Positions 19,049 to 28,278 are shown, counted from the stretch's first letter. The stretch is DNA of 60,912 nt from an uncultured bacterium (GCA_965612795.1 CBFDTI010000002.1:1-60912); one strand, 5' to 3'. Numbers and translations are program-made. Notes: generated by a model not told the origin, from the letters alone.

Positions 19049-20296
19049 ATGATAAAAAATGTGATGGTAGGTATTGGAATATCTTTATCCACCAGCACAG
19101 CGATATTTGGCTGGGTACCGGGTGAGCTACCACGTAATTACACATTTGATGGTGTATTCGATTCATTAGTCATCATGCCACACGGTATTGTAGTCGATCG
19201 GTACAACCGCATCTGGATTGGCTGCTATGGTAGCTGCCCACTTATTGTCAAAAACCCTGATGGTACACAGGCAGCTTTCTCGCCCATCGACAGTGTGGTG
19301 ATACCCGGCGATACTGTTATATTCCTCGATAGAAACTGTCGTGGTATGGCGTTAGATCACGAAGGTAACATCCTCTATGTTAAAGGTAATATTCTCATCA
19401 AGCTCGATGTGGAGACAGGTGAAGGTATCGCCAGATGGACAGGCCCTGGCACGTTGACGAAACCTGCTGTCGATACGTTTGGTTACATCTATGTGGGTAC
19501 GGTTGTTGGTGTCACCCCGATACATGTGTTGGATCCGAGCACATTTGAATTAATATATACGATCGATTTGACACCAGCCGCCGCGTATGCAAGAGGTATA
19601 GAAGTGTCCAAGGATGGTAAAGACCTATGGACTGGTAACCTCAACCCCGGCGGCCCGGTATACCATTACCACAGCGATATACCGGGTGTACTTCCGTATG
19701 ATTTAGTGGAGGAAATCTCTATCGATGATTACGGTAACCCAATATTTCAGTTCACGATAACGACAGTCGATTGGGGGCCTGACAACACTTTATGGTGTTC
19801 ACACGAGACAGAAGATCCGCAACTACAGTCACAGAATGGGCTTGTGGTACTGAATTACAACACTATGGAGTATGCCACCTTGTATATGCCGGAGGTACCT
19901 GAGGGAAGTTACAACGGGCCACGTGGTGTCGCGTTTAGCCTATCCGGTGACACCGCATATGTGGTATCATTCAACGGCCACAGGGTGTGGCGATATGTTG
20001 TCACCACAGGTGTAGAAGAACACAACCAGGTAGCTTGTTGCTATAGGTTAGAGAATTATCCTAATCCGTTCCGTTATACCACAACGATTACATTTACATT
20101 GTTTAAGGATGGGTTTGTCGACTTGAAAGTTTACGATATCAATGGCCGTATTGTGAAGACATTGATAACCCGGCACATGACACCAGGTAGCTACGAGGTG
20201 CAGTTCGATGCAACCACATTACCTTCAGGTACGTATCTTTGTCGTATGGAAGTGGATGGTCGGGTTACAACACTTAAGATGTTGGTTGTAAAATAA
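19049..20296 (+). CDS. Paralogous beta-propeller protein with a T9SS C-terminal sorting domain
   Basis: Shares HYHSDIPGVLPY, SKDGKDLWTGN and the CTD (YPNPF..VDLKVYDINGRIVKTL..PSGTYLCRM..KMLVVK) with the upstream gene. RBS GAGGAGG. Confidence 0.7.
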   Translation: MIKNVMVGIGISLSTSTAIFGWVPGELPRNYTFDGVFDSLVIMPHGIVVDRYNRIWIGCYGSCPLIVKNPDGTQAAFSPIDSVVIPGDTVIFLDRNCRGMALDHEGNILYVKGNILIKLDVETGEGIARWTGPGTLTKPAVDTFGYIYVGTVVGVTPIHVLDPSTFELIYTIDLTPAAAYARGIEVSKDGKDLWTGNLNPGGPVYHYHSDIPGVLPYDLVEEISIDDYGNPIFQFTITTVDWGPDNTLWCSHETEDPQLQSQNGLVVLNYNTMEYATLYMPEVPEGSYNGPRGVAFSLSGDTAYVVSFNGHRVWRYVVTTGVEEHNQVACCYRLENYPNPFRYTTTITFTLFKDGFVDLKVYDINGRIVKTLITRHMTPGSYEVQFDATTLPSGTYLCRMEVDGRVTTLKMLVVK

Positions 20297-20318
20297 TAGT
20301 GTAGGAGATATCTCTCAT

Positions 20319-23300
20319 ATGGTAACACCAATAAGGACGTGGGCTGTAAGCCCTTTTCTCTTATTGTGCCAAATTTTATCCGCAGGTATTAACGAAGAGT
20401 TTCGTGCGACATGGGCAGTCACATGGGACATATACAGCCCATACGGTAACCCAGGAGCCAGCCAACGCCTATGTCGACAGGTGATGGAACGCCACAAACG
20501 TGCCAACATGAACGCTGTGTTATGGCAAGTACGGCAGAACGGTGAAGTATATTATCCATCATCGTACGAACCTTGGGGAAGATACATCGGGCATCAGGAT
20601 CCAGGCTATGACCCGCTCGCATACGCTATAGAGGAGGCACACAAACGTGGGCTTGAACTCCATGCGTGGGTTAATGTGTTCCACGTATCAGCATTCGACC
20701 CTGGGGCACCTGCTTATGAGCATCAGAATTGGATATGCAGGGACGGCTATGGACGGCCGATGACATCACACAGGTGGTTTTCGCCCGGCCTCGACTCCGT
20801 ACGAAACTATACGATAAAGGTTATAATGGAGATTGTACGTAACTACGATATAGATGGCATACACCTCGATTATGTAAGATGGAGCGAATATACAAGCACC
20901 AAAGAGGGTGAATTGCTGGCAAAGTCCATCCCCGAGGAACGTTCACTCGATGGCTTCATAACACCTGAGCTGTTGAAAGCATTACAGGAGGCACCACCCC
21001 GTAACCGTTACCTGTACGATATTGAGCACCCATGGGATACTGTGCCACCGGAGGGGTTCGAAACATGGGAGGATTGGTGGCGCTGGTCAGTCACCGAATT
21101 TGTACGTGAATTGCACGATTCCATACAGGCGGTGAAGCCATGGGTACGCCTATCAGCAGCAGTTTTGGGTAGATACAATTGGGGTAGCTGGCAAGCCTAC
21201 GGTAGGGTTTTTCAGGATGCAGCATTATGGTTTAACGAAGGTTATGTTGACCAGCTCACCCCTATGCATTACCATTGGACGACACCTGCAGAGTTTTACA
21301 ATATGCTATGTGGTGAATATCACTGTTGGGAACCATGGATCCAAGAAGGCATAGCAGCTGGCCGGCTATACACCGTGGGGCCGGGTTCGTATATCCTCGA
21401 CATGTATGGCGCGTGGGATAACCATCCCGCTATCGTGGATACATGTAGGACCATATCATGGGTGGATGGATTCCAATTCTTCAGTTACGCTACATGGTGT
21501 AGCCATGACTACTGGGATGAAGCTGGTAGCACATTCTTCAACCGTAAAACCAAGATACGTGCAACGAGGTTAATAGATAGCATACCACCGGAACCGGTGC
21601 AGATTGAACTAAATAAGATCGACTCTTTAACATATGCGATAACCGTTTTGCTGGGGTTTGTCGCCTCAGATACGAATTACTGGTTCGCTATATACAGGTC
21701 ACCTGATAGCATTATTGATGTATCGAACGACGATATCGTACACATACATTTTGGTGATAGTAGCTTCACTTACGTGGATAGTTTCGACGGTACACAGGAT
21801 TACAACGGTAAATACTACTATGCTGCTACAGTGTTTGATAGATACTGGAACGAATCCGACATATCGAATGTTGAAGTGTCCGACTCGATACCGTCGTTTG
21901 CACCTATCGTCGTGTACACGATACCTGCAGATAGTGACTCAATATCTATCGCAGATAGTATAATTGTGGGGTTCTCCAAAACCATGGATACGACGTCGTT
22001 TGATGACACCACGATAAGTATTGAACCCCATATTGGTATTGCGCAACTGCTATGGTCGAATGGTAACAAAACGCTAACAATTGTACCTGATGGATATTTC
22101 CAGTATGATACATGGTATGAACTAACCATACAGCCATCGGCAAGGGACATAAATGGTAGGGCGCTTGATGGTAACGCTGACGGTATAGAGGGTGACCCGT
22201 TTGTACTGCGGTTCAAGACGTTTGCGCGTGACGATATACCACCACATATCGTGTATACGTATCCGACCAGTGGTGAAGATAGTTTCGACATACAAGACGT
22301 AATCACGGTGGTGTTTGACGAACTCATAGACACCAATACGTTGGATACCGTAAGTGTCAGGCTATACTGTGGATGGACCATGTTACCGATAGCGTTTACA
22401 CATACGGTGATGCATGGTAAGTCAATCTTATGCATACAGCCTAAGCAACCGTTCACCCCCAACACCGACTATACGGTGTTGTTATCACATACACATGCTA
22501 TAACAGATACTGCAGGTAATCCCATGTCATCATATGTGGTGATCAACTTCCACACAGCAGATGTAACCTATACCGAGCTGGTGATGATAGAAGATTTCAC
22601 ACCGCTTGGAACATGGTGGCAACCCGAACAGAGTGGGTCAACACATGGCATCTATGCACTTAATACGGAATGGGGTTATACCGGCGAAGTTTATCCACCA
22701 GCATCTACACCAGCCCAATCCGCATACTTGCAGTATGAATGGAACGAATCCGACCCACCATGGTTGCTTAGGGAGTATCTTGCAGGTGGTGCACCACGTG
22801 AGATAATATTTGATACCACCTATGTGTTGCAATGCTATGTTTTTGGTGATTGCAGCTATAACAAGTTTAGGTTCTGTGTCGACGATAGTACCATGGATCA
22901 GTCGCAGTTTCATGAAGTTTCAAAATGGATAACCTTGGACTGGTACGGCTGGCGGTTGGTGGAGTGGCAGCTTAACGATCCCAACAGTGTCGGATACTGG
23001 ACGGATGATGTAGGTGATGGTACATTAAATCCGCCGTTGAGGTTTGATAGCTTCCAGCTAACACATGAGGTTGGTGATTCCATCAGTGGTGTGATATACA
23101 TCGATGAGCTACGGCTTGTGAGGAAAGCTCAGATAGGTGTGGAGGAACCCTCCACCACCTGTGTGACATTGGGTAACCATCCCAATCCGTTCAATACTAA
23201 AACGAGTATAGTATTCTCGTTACCCAAACCCGGTGTGGTTGAACTCACAGTGTACGATGTTACAGGCCGTGTAGTGGCTACACTTGTTAATGGGTTGATG

Positions 23301-23420
23301 GGTAAAGGGCGACACGAGGTTACCTTCCATGCACCCAATGATATGGCGGCTGGGGTGTACTTCTACTCGTTGAGGTTTGATGGCAAATTATTTACAAACA
23401 AACTACTCCTCGTGAGGTAA
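20319..23420 (+). CDS. Multidomain surface enzyme: GHL10 (YngK/YddW-DigH-like TIM barrel) + 2 SbsA-type Ig (Big_5) domains + CBM-like beta-sandwich + T9SS CTD
   Basis: Signal peptide. EFRATWAV..MNAVLWQVRQNGEVYYPSSYEPWG..GLELHAWVNVF..DGIHLDYVRW (GHL10). Two ~100-aa P..V....P repeats ending ..G..L. CTD HPNPFN..VELTVYDVTGRVVATL..AGVYFYSL..KLLLVR. Confidence 0.7.
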   Translation: MVTPIRTWAVSPFLLLCQILSAGINEEFRATWAVTWDIYSPYGNPGASQRLCRQVMERHKRANMNAVLWQVRQNGEVYYPSSYEPWGRYIGHQDPGYDPLAYAIEEAHKRGLELHAWVNVFHVSAFDPGAPAYEHQNWICRDGYGRPMTSHRWFSPGLDSVRNYTIKVIMEIVRNYDIDGIHLDYVRWSEYTSTKEGELLAKSIPEERSLDGFITPELLKALQEAPPRNRYLYDIEHPWDTVPPEGFETWEDWWRWSVTEFVRELHDSIQAVKPWVRLSAAVLGRYNWGSWQAYGRVFQDAALWFNEGYVDQLTPMHYHWTTPAEFYNMLCGEYHCWEPWIQEGIAAGRLYTVGPGSYILDMYGAWDNHPAIVDTCRTISWVDGFQFFSYATWCSHDYWDEAGSTFFNRKTKIRATRLIDSIPPEPVQIELNKIDSLTYAITVLLGFVASDTNYWFAIYRSPDSIIDVSNDDIVHIHFGDSSFTYVDSFDGTQDYNGKYYYAATVFDRYWNESDISNVEVSDSIPSFAPIVVYTIPADSDSISIADSIIVGFSKTMDTTSFDDTTISIEPHIGIAQLLWSNGNKTLTIVPDGYFQYDTWYELTIQPSARDINGRALDGNADGIEGDPFVLRFKTFARDDIPPHIVYTYPTSGEDSFDIQDVITVVFDELIDTNTLDTVSVRLYCGWTMLPIAFTHTVMHGKSILCIQPKQPFTPNTDYTVLLSHTHAITDTAGNPMSSYVVINFHTADVTYTELVMIEDFTPLGTWWQPEQSGSTHGIYALNTEWGYTGEVYPPASTPAQSAYLQYEWNESDPPWLLREYLAGGAPREIIFDTTYVLQCYVFGDCSYNKFRFCVDDSTMDQSQFHEVSKWITLDWYGWRLVEWQLNDPNSVGYWTDDVGDGTLNPPLRFDSFQLTHEVGDSISGVIYIDELRLVRKAQIGVEEPSTTCVTLGNHPNPFNTKTSIVFSLPKPGVVELTVYDVTGRVVATLVNGLMGKGRHEVTFHAPNDMAAGVYFYSLRFDGKLFTNKLLLVR
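21063..21184 (+). repeat. Near-identical nucleotide tract shared with 24135-24255 (paralog gene-conversion candidate)
   Basis: Identical runs of 26, 36 and 21 nt (acatgggaggattggtggcgctggtc; cacgattccatacaggcggtgaagccatgggtacgc; tatcagcagcagttttgggta). The flanking gene sequence is much more diverged. Confidence 0.6.
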
Positions 23421-25802
23421 GTGGTGACAATCTTAACTATTCTCTTGATTTCGTATCAACCCATGTACGAGTTGAATAACGAGGAGTTTCGTGCGGTATG
23501 GGTTATCACATGGGAGCAACTCGACCCTGTTTGGCCACACCCGGATAACAGGGATAGGATATGTGAGATACTGGATAACATAAAAGCTGCAAACATGAAC
23601 GCAGTATTGTGGCAGGTACGTCAGAACGGTACCGCATACTATAGGTCATCTTATGAGCCGTTCGGTAAATACATGTTTTACAGTGATCCAGGTTACGATC
23701 CGTTCGCGTATGCGGTTGAACAGGCGCATGCGAGGGGGTTGGAGATACATGCATGGATGAACGTGTTCGAATGTAGGGGTGCAGCGATAGGGTCACCAGC
23801 ATATGAACATCCGGAATGGGTCTGCAGGGACGAAAATGGTAACCCCATGCCTGATAGGATAGCGGCACTTTCGCCAGGATTATCGGAGGTACGAGAATAT
23901 TTGATAAATGTTGCTATGGAGATCGTAAGGAATTACGATATAGATGGGTTGCATCTCGACTATGTTCGATGGAATGAGTTTACCACCCCAGAACGTACCG
24001 AACAACTCAAACAGCTTATGAAAGAAGGGTTAACCCCAACCGATATGATGCACGAATTTGTTCATAACAAAAAGGGACGCTACCTGTACGATGTTGAACA
24101 TCCATATAAGGCAGGTGTACCCGAAGGGTTTGACACATGGGAGGATTGGTGGCGCTGGTCGGTTACCGAATTCGTACGTGTGCTACACGATTCCATACAG
24201 GCGGTGAAGCCATGGGTACGCTTATCAGCAGCAGTTTTGGGTAAATACAATTGGGATACATGGCAAGCTTATGGTAGGGTATTCCAAGATGCAGCATTGT
24301 GGTTCAATAATGGCTATGTGGATCAGTTGATGCCAATGCATTATCATTGGACCACTCCGGATGGGTTTTATGATGCATTAACTCGATGGGAACCCTCAAT
24401 CCAACCCGGTATAAACGAGGGACGGTTATACACCGTAGGGCCGGGTTCGTATAAATTTTCCTTAAATGGTGTATGGGCTAACCATCCATGGGTGATCGAA
24501 ACCTGTAGAGGGTTTACGTGGGTGGATGGGTTCCAATTCTTCAGTTACAGGTGGTGGGATGACCACCAATACTGGGTAGAGGCGAGTAAAACCTTCTTCA
24601 TGCAAAAGACGAAGATCAGGGCGATAGGCCTGATTGATAGTATACCGCCGGAACCACCAGCAATTAGTGTGAGTAAATTGGGCCCCTTAACGTATGAGAT
24701 TAAGGTGACACCACCCGATGAGATGGCAGCAAAGTGTTGGGTTGTAATTTATCGATCACCCGATAGTATTATAGATGTGGATGAAGATGAGATCGTCGAT
24801 ATATACTTTGGTGATACAACATTCGCACATGTGGAGAGGTTCGACAGTTACACAACCCAAGATAAACATTTCTATGCCGCAACAGCTATCGATAGGTACT
24901 GGAATGAATCACCGATATCAAACATAGTGCAGATCAACATAACAAAGATGATGCATTATAAACCTATTTATAAGATGACATATGATGAGATAGATAAGCT
25001 CCTGAAGGAAATAAGTAAAAAGAAATGGACAATTTCGGAGAGGATTAACTTCTACTCGGAAAGGTTTTTAGGTACTCTGTATAACTTCCAGTGTGTAGGT
25101 GATGGCCCTTACGCTATGGTTGAGAATTGGCCATTGGTGAACTTACGTGAAACTAACTGTATGGCACTATGTGAACACGTATTGGCGATGGCGATATCGG
25201 ATTGTTGGGATAATTTTTTCAACAATCTGCTCCATATACGGTACAAGGATGGTATAATCGGTATCAAAACACGTAACCACTACACGATGGCGGATTGGTT
25301 GCCCGAAAATCGTTGGCTACTTGATGACGTCACCAGACGTATAGGCGGAAAGTATACGCGATCGGTGACAAGGACGATATCACATAGAAAGTTTCTTAAA
25401 AATAAAGGTATAGAGGATATGCAATACGTGAAACCCGATCGCAAGCTTACGATAGATTATGTACCGATGGATGTGCTGTTGATGGTCGAAGACAGTGTGA
25501 AGGCTGGCGATATAGGAGCGTTAATCTATGCGAATAGGGATGACATATTTTCTGCACATATGGTGATCGTAGCAGAGAAGGGTGGTAGGAAATACATCCG
25601 TGAAGCCAGCCGCAAAAAGGGTACGATCGACACCCCTTATGAGGAATGGGTCAATACAATGAAGGCAACCAACAAATATCTTGGGATGGCTTTCATGAGG
25701 GTACGTGACGAGCTCAACAAACCCGGCAAAATCATACTACCGTGGGAGATACATAAACTGAAGGCGCGATTGGATGAAGACGGGGGTGAGCTACTTCGGT
25801 AA
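23421..25802 (+). CDS. GHL10 domain fused to a C-terminal AmiA-like (DUF1460) NlpC/P60-type N-acetylmuramoyl-L-alanine amidase-like domain; no T9SS CTD
   Basis: The N-terminal 500 aa are paralogous to 20319-23420. The C-terminus has FLGTLYNF..LVNLRETNCMALCEHVLAMA..IRYKDGII..TRNHYTMADWLPEN..GDIGALI..FSAHMVIV, matching the DUF1460 pattern as I recall it. GTG start directly after the upstream TAA, so the start is uncertain. Confidence 0.6.
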   Translation: MVTILTILLISYQPMYELNNEEFRAVWVITWEQLDPVWPHPDNRDRICEILDNIKAANMNAVLWQVRQNGTAYYRSSYEPFGKYMFYSDPGYDPFAYAVEQAHARGLEIHAWMNVFECRGAAIGSPAYEHPEWVCRDENGNPMPDRIAALSPGLSEVREYLINVAMEIVRNYDIDGLHLDYVRWNEFTTPERTEQLKQLMKEGLTPTDMMHEFVHNKKGRYLYDVEHPYKAGVPEGFDTWEDWWRWSVTEFVRVLHDSIQAVKPWVRLSAAVLGKYNWDTWQAYGRVFQDAALWFNNGYVDQLMPMHYHWTTPDGFYDALTRWEPSIQPGINEGRLYTVGPGSYKFSLNGVWANHPWVIETCRGFTWVDGFQFFSYRWWDDHQYWVEASKTFFMQKTKIRAIGLIDSIPPEPPAISVSKLGPLTYEIKVTPPDEMAAKCWVVIYRSPDSIIDVDEDEIVDIYFGDTTFAHVERFDSYTTQDKHFYAATAIDRYWNESPISNIVQINITKMMHYKPIYKMTYDEIDKLLKEISKKKWTISERINFYSERFLGTLYNFQCVGDGPYAMVENWPLVNLRETNCMALCEHVLAMAISDCWDNFFNNLLHIRYKDGIIGIKTRNHYTMADWLPENRWLLDDVTRRIGGKYTRSVTRTISHRKFLKNKGIEDMQYVKPDRKLTIDYVPMDVLLMVEDSVKAGDIGALIYANRDDIFSAHMVIVAEKGGRKYIREASRKKGTIDTPYEEWVNTMKATNKYLGMAFMRVRDELNKPGKIILPWEIHKLKARLDEDGGELLR
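24135..24255 (+). repeat. Partner copy of the near-identical tract at 21063-21184
   Basis: Same identical runs as the partner copy. Both encode WEDWWRWSVTEFVR.LHDSIQAVKPWVRLSAAVLG. Confidence 0.6.
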
Positions 25803-26754
25803 TAGGAACCCCAAATGGGTGAGACATGATATGCTCGATATAGTGGGACATAACTGTAATTTCGTCCTGCATACATTTTCGGAATTTGATAGGCTGTTCT
25901 ACAAGGATACTATGAAAGCGATCGTTGATATATCGCATGAAGTTGGGCTTGAAGTTTATGTCGATCCATGGGGGGTTGGTAACGTATTCGGTGGCGAACC
26001 GTTCTCAAAAATAGTGAACGAGTACGAGATATGTCAGGTAGATAATAAGTTCAACCCACTACCGGCAGCTTGTGTTAACAACCCTAAATTTGTCGAATTC
26101 ATGTATCGCTGGATAGAAGATGTGAAATACATCGGTGGTGATGTATTGTTCTGGGATGAGCCACATTTCTATAACCCAGATAGTGGTTGGGCATGTAGAT
26201 GTAAATACTGTCAGGAGGAGTTTAAGAGAGTATTCGGCTATGATATGCCTGAAACTTCCAATGCTGATATTCTGAAATTCAAAGAACTGAGTATAGTGAG
26301 GTTTGTGAAGCAGCTTGCAGAATATGGTAAGGGATTAGGTATGCGATCCGCTGTATGCCTGTTACCACAGGAGAGTGAGAAATCCAACGTTGACGATTGG
26401 GAAAAAATAGCAGCAATAGATAGTATCAATATCATAGGTACAGACCCCTACGAATACCATAGGACGGATTTCATCGATAGAATAAGAGGTTACGCAAATA
26501 AGATATACAATATAGCGAGTAAGTTTGCTAAGGATGGACAGCTATGGGTACAGTGTTTCTCTATAAAGGAAGGTGAGGAATGGAAAGTCAGAAAGGCGGT
26601 TGAAACCATCTATGAGGCAGGTATCAGGAACATAGGGGCATGGAGCTACGAAGGTACAAGCTACATGTCGTACGTAAGATCCGACAACCCCAAGAAGGTG
26701 TGGGAGACGTTAAAAGAAGCATATGGAAGATGCATTTCATTGGCATCCAAATAA
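25774..26754 (+). CDS. Cytoplasmic GH42-like catalytic-domain-only TIM-barrel protein
   Basis: No signal peptide. Cys100 plus C141-x-C143-xx-C146 (WACRCKYCQEEF) bracket Glu129 (FWDEP), mirroring the Zn-Cys cluster and acid/base order of GH42 beta-galactosidases. The start overlaps the upstream gene by 29 nt. Confidence 0.4.
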   Translation: MKTGVSYFGNRNPKWVRHDMLDIVGHNCNFVLHTFSEFDRLFYKDTMKAIVDISHEVGLEVYVDPWGVGNVFGGEPFSKIVNEYEICQVDNKFNPLPAACVNNPKFVEFMYRWIEDVKYIGGDVLFWDEPHFYNPDSGWACRCKYCQEEFKRVFGYDMPETSNADILKFKELSIVRFVKQLAEYGKGLGMRSAVCLLPQESEKSNVDDWEKIAAIDSINIIGTDPYEYHRTDFIDRIRGYANKIYNIASKFAKDGQLWVQCFSIKEGEEWKVRKAVETIYEAGIRNIGAWSYEGTSYMSYVRSDNPKKVWETLKEAYGRCISLASK

Positions 26755-26782
26755 ATATCGTTTTCGGTAACGAGGAGGTAAT

Positions 26783-28201
26783 ATGCTAAAAGTTTATGTG
26801 GTAGGGTTAGGTAAACCAAACATGGAGATAGGGTGGCCTTACCATGATTTCGATGTCGTAGCCGCTATGAAAGAGTACAAAGAGAAATTACAAAGGATAG
26901 GTGAATCCAAAGGGATAGAATTTCGTGGCTATGATGTGCCAGAAAAGGAGAGCCATATAATCCAGTTACTGGATAGGTTAGAAAATGAAAATTTCGATGC
27001 TGTTTTGGCAATAAGCTTAACTGCTGAGTTTGCATCGTTAGGGCCATCTATTTTCAAGATAGCAGATAGTGGGTTACCTACTGTGGTTTATACTAAACCG
27101 TTCAGCACGTACTGGGATGGAGCAGGTCGGTTGTATAAAAGTGGATATAGAGTTGTAGTCTGTGACTCGAACAATATCGAAGACGTTGCCCCTATATTTG
27201 ACGTAGTGAAGGCGATTGTGAGGCTCAAGCATACACGATTATTACTATTAAAGGACTATGATTATGACATCAAATGTATGGATCCAAGGATCAAGGAACC
27301 AAGATGGATGGGTCCATCGTATTTTAAAAGATTAAAAGAGATATTTGGTATCGAAACAGTAAAGCGTAGCATCCCAGATGTCTTTCGTTATTATGAACAG
27401 ATAAAAGAAACCGATGCGAAGCTGCTGGCAACAGAGGCTATAAATGTATCAGATGGCGTATTTGGGCCTACAGAGGAGGAGGTAGCTAAAGCAGCGAGAT
27501 TATACTTAGCTGTCAGAAATATGATGAAAGATACCGGTACGAATGCGGTGACCATCGACTGCCTTAGTAGTATAAGACATAAGACATTACCTATAAGTCC
27601 TTGTTGGACGATATCAAGGTTGAATGACGAAGGTATACCCGCCGGTTGTGAAGCAGACGTTGAGTCACTTATAACCCTATGTTTTTGTCACTATTTAGCG
27701 GATAGACCCGGATTCCAGGGCGACCCTGTCATAGATGAGAGTAGTAATAGGATAATATTCGCACACTGTACAGCTGCAACAAGCCTTATGGGGGATGGGG
27801 AACCACATTTTGGGTACAGATTTAGGACACAGACGGAATCATCCCGTGATGTAGCTATAGAAGCAGATATGAAAGAAAACGAGGAAGTCACTATATTGAA
27901 GCTTATTGGTATTATGGGAGCGAAATCCGTGTGCTGGCCAGAGATAACAGTTTATAAGAGGTTTGAGGGATACCACCTGCTAGCCTACAAGGCGAAAACC
28001 GTCAAAGTGGATAAGCTCGGGTGGGGATGCAGAACAAAAGTAGCTATAGAATTGACATCAGATGAGATTGAAAACTTCAAGCGTAACTTCTACGGTCACC
28101 ATAGGGTGCTTCTGTACGGTGACTATGTGAAACAACTGCAACTATTAGCCAGCTTCTTAGGTATAAACTTTGTGAACAAGCTATATCTGGAAGTTAAATA
28201 G
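26783..28201 (+). CDS. L-fucose/L-arabinose isomerase-family protein (cytoplasmic sugar isomerase-like)
   Basis: No signal peptide. IPAGCEADVESLITL and the overall size/layout resemble the COG2407 isomerase family. RBS GAGGAGG. Confidence 0.5.
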   Translation: MLKVYVVGLGKPNMEIGWPYHDFDVVAAMKEYKEKLQRIGESKGIEFRGYDVPEKESHIIQLLDRLENENFDAVLAISLTAEFASLGPSIFKIADSGLPTVVYTKPFSTYWDGAGRLYKSGYRVVVCDSNNIEDVAPIFDVVKAIVRLKHTRLLLLKDYDYDIKCMDPRIKEPRWMGPSYFKRLKEIFGIETVKRSIPDVFRYYEQIKETDAKLLATEAINVSDGVFGPTEEEVAKAARLYLAVRNMMKDTGTNAVTIDCLSSIRHKTLPISPCWTISRLNDEGIPAGCEADVESLITLCFCHYLADRPGFQGDPVIDESSNRIIFAHCTAATSLMGDGEPHFGYRFRTQTESSRDVAIEADMKENEEVTILKLIGIMGAKSVCWPEITVYKRFEGYHLLAYKAKTVKVDKLGWGCRTKVAIELTSDEIENFKRNFYGHHRVLLYGDYVKQLQLLASFLGINFVNKLYLEVK

Positions 28202-28278
28202 ATCTGTGACATCGACATAATCAAGTTCGTCTATTGTAATATCACAGCTATGATGTATTTTAGATAATTGGAGGTCAG

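Noticed and set aside
21818-22465. 215-aa ORF antisense to the GHL10/Big_5 gene
   Set aside because: It is a shadow ORF inside a gene with clear domain structure. It is Ser/Val/Asn-rich with no signal or motif.
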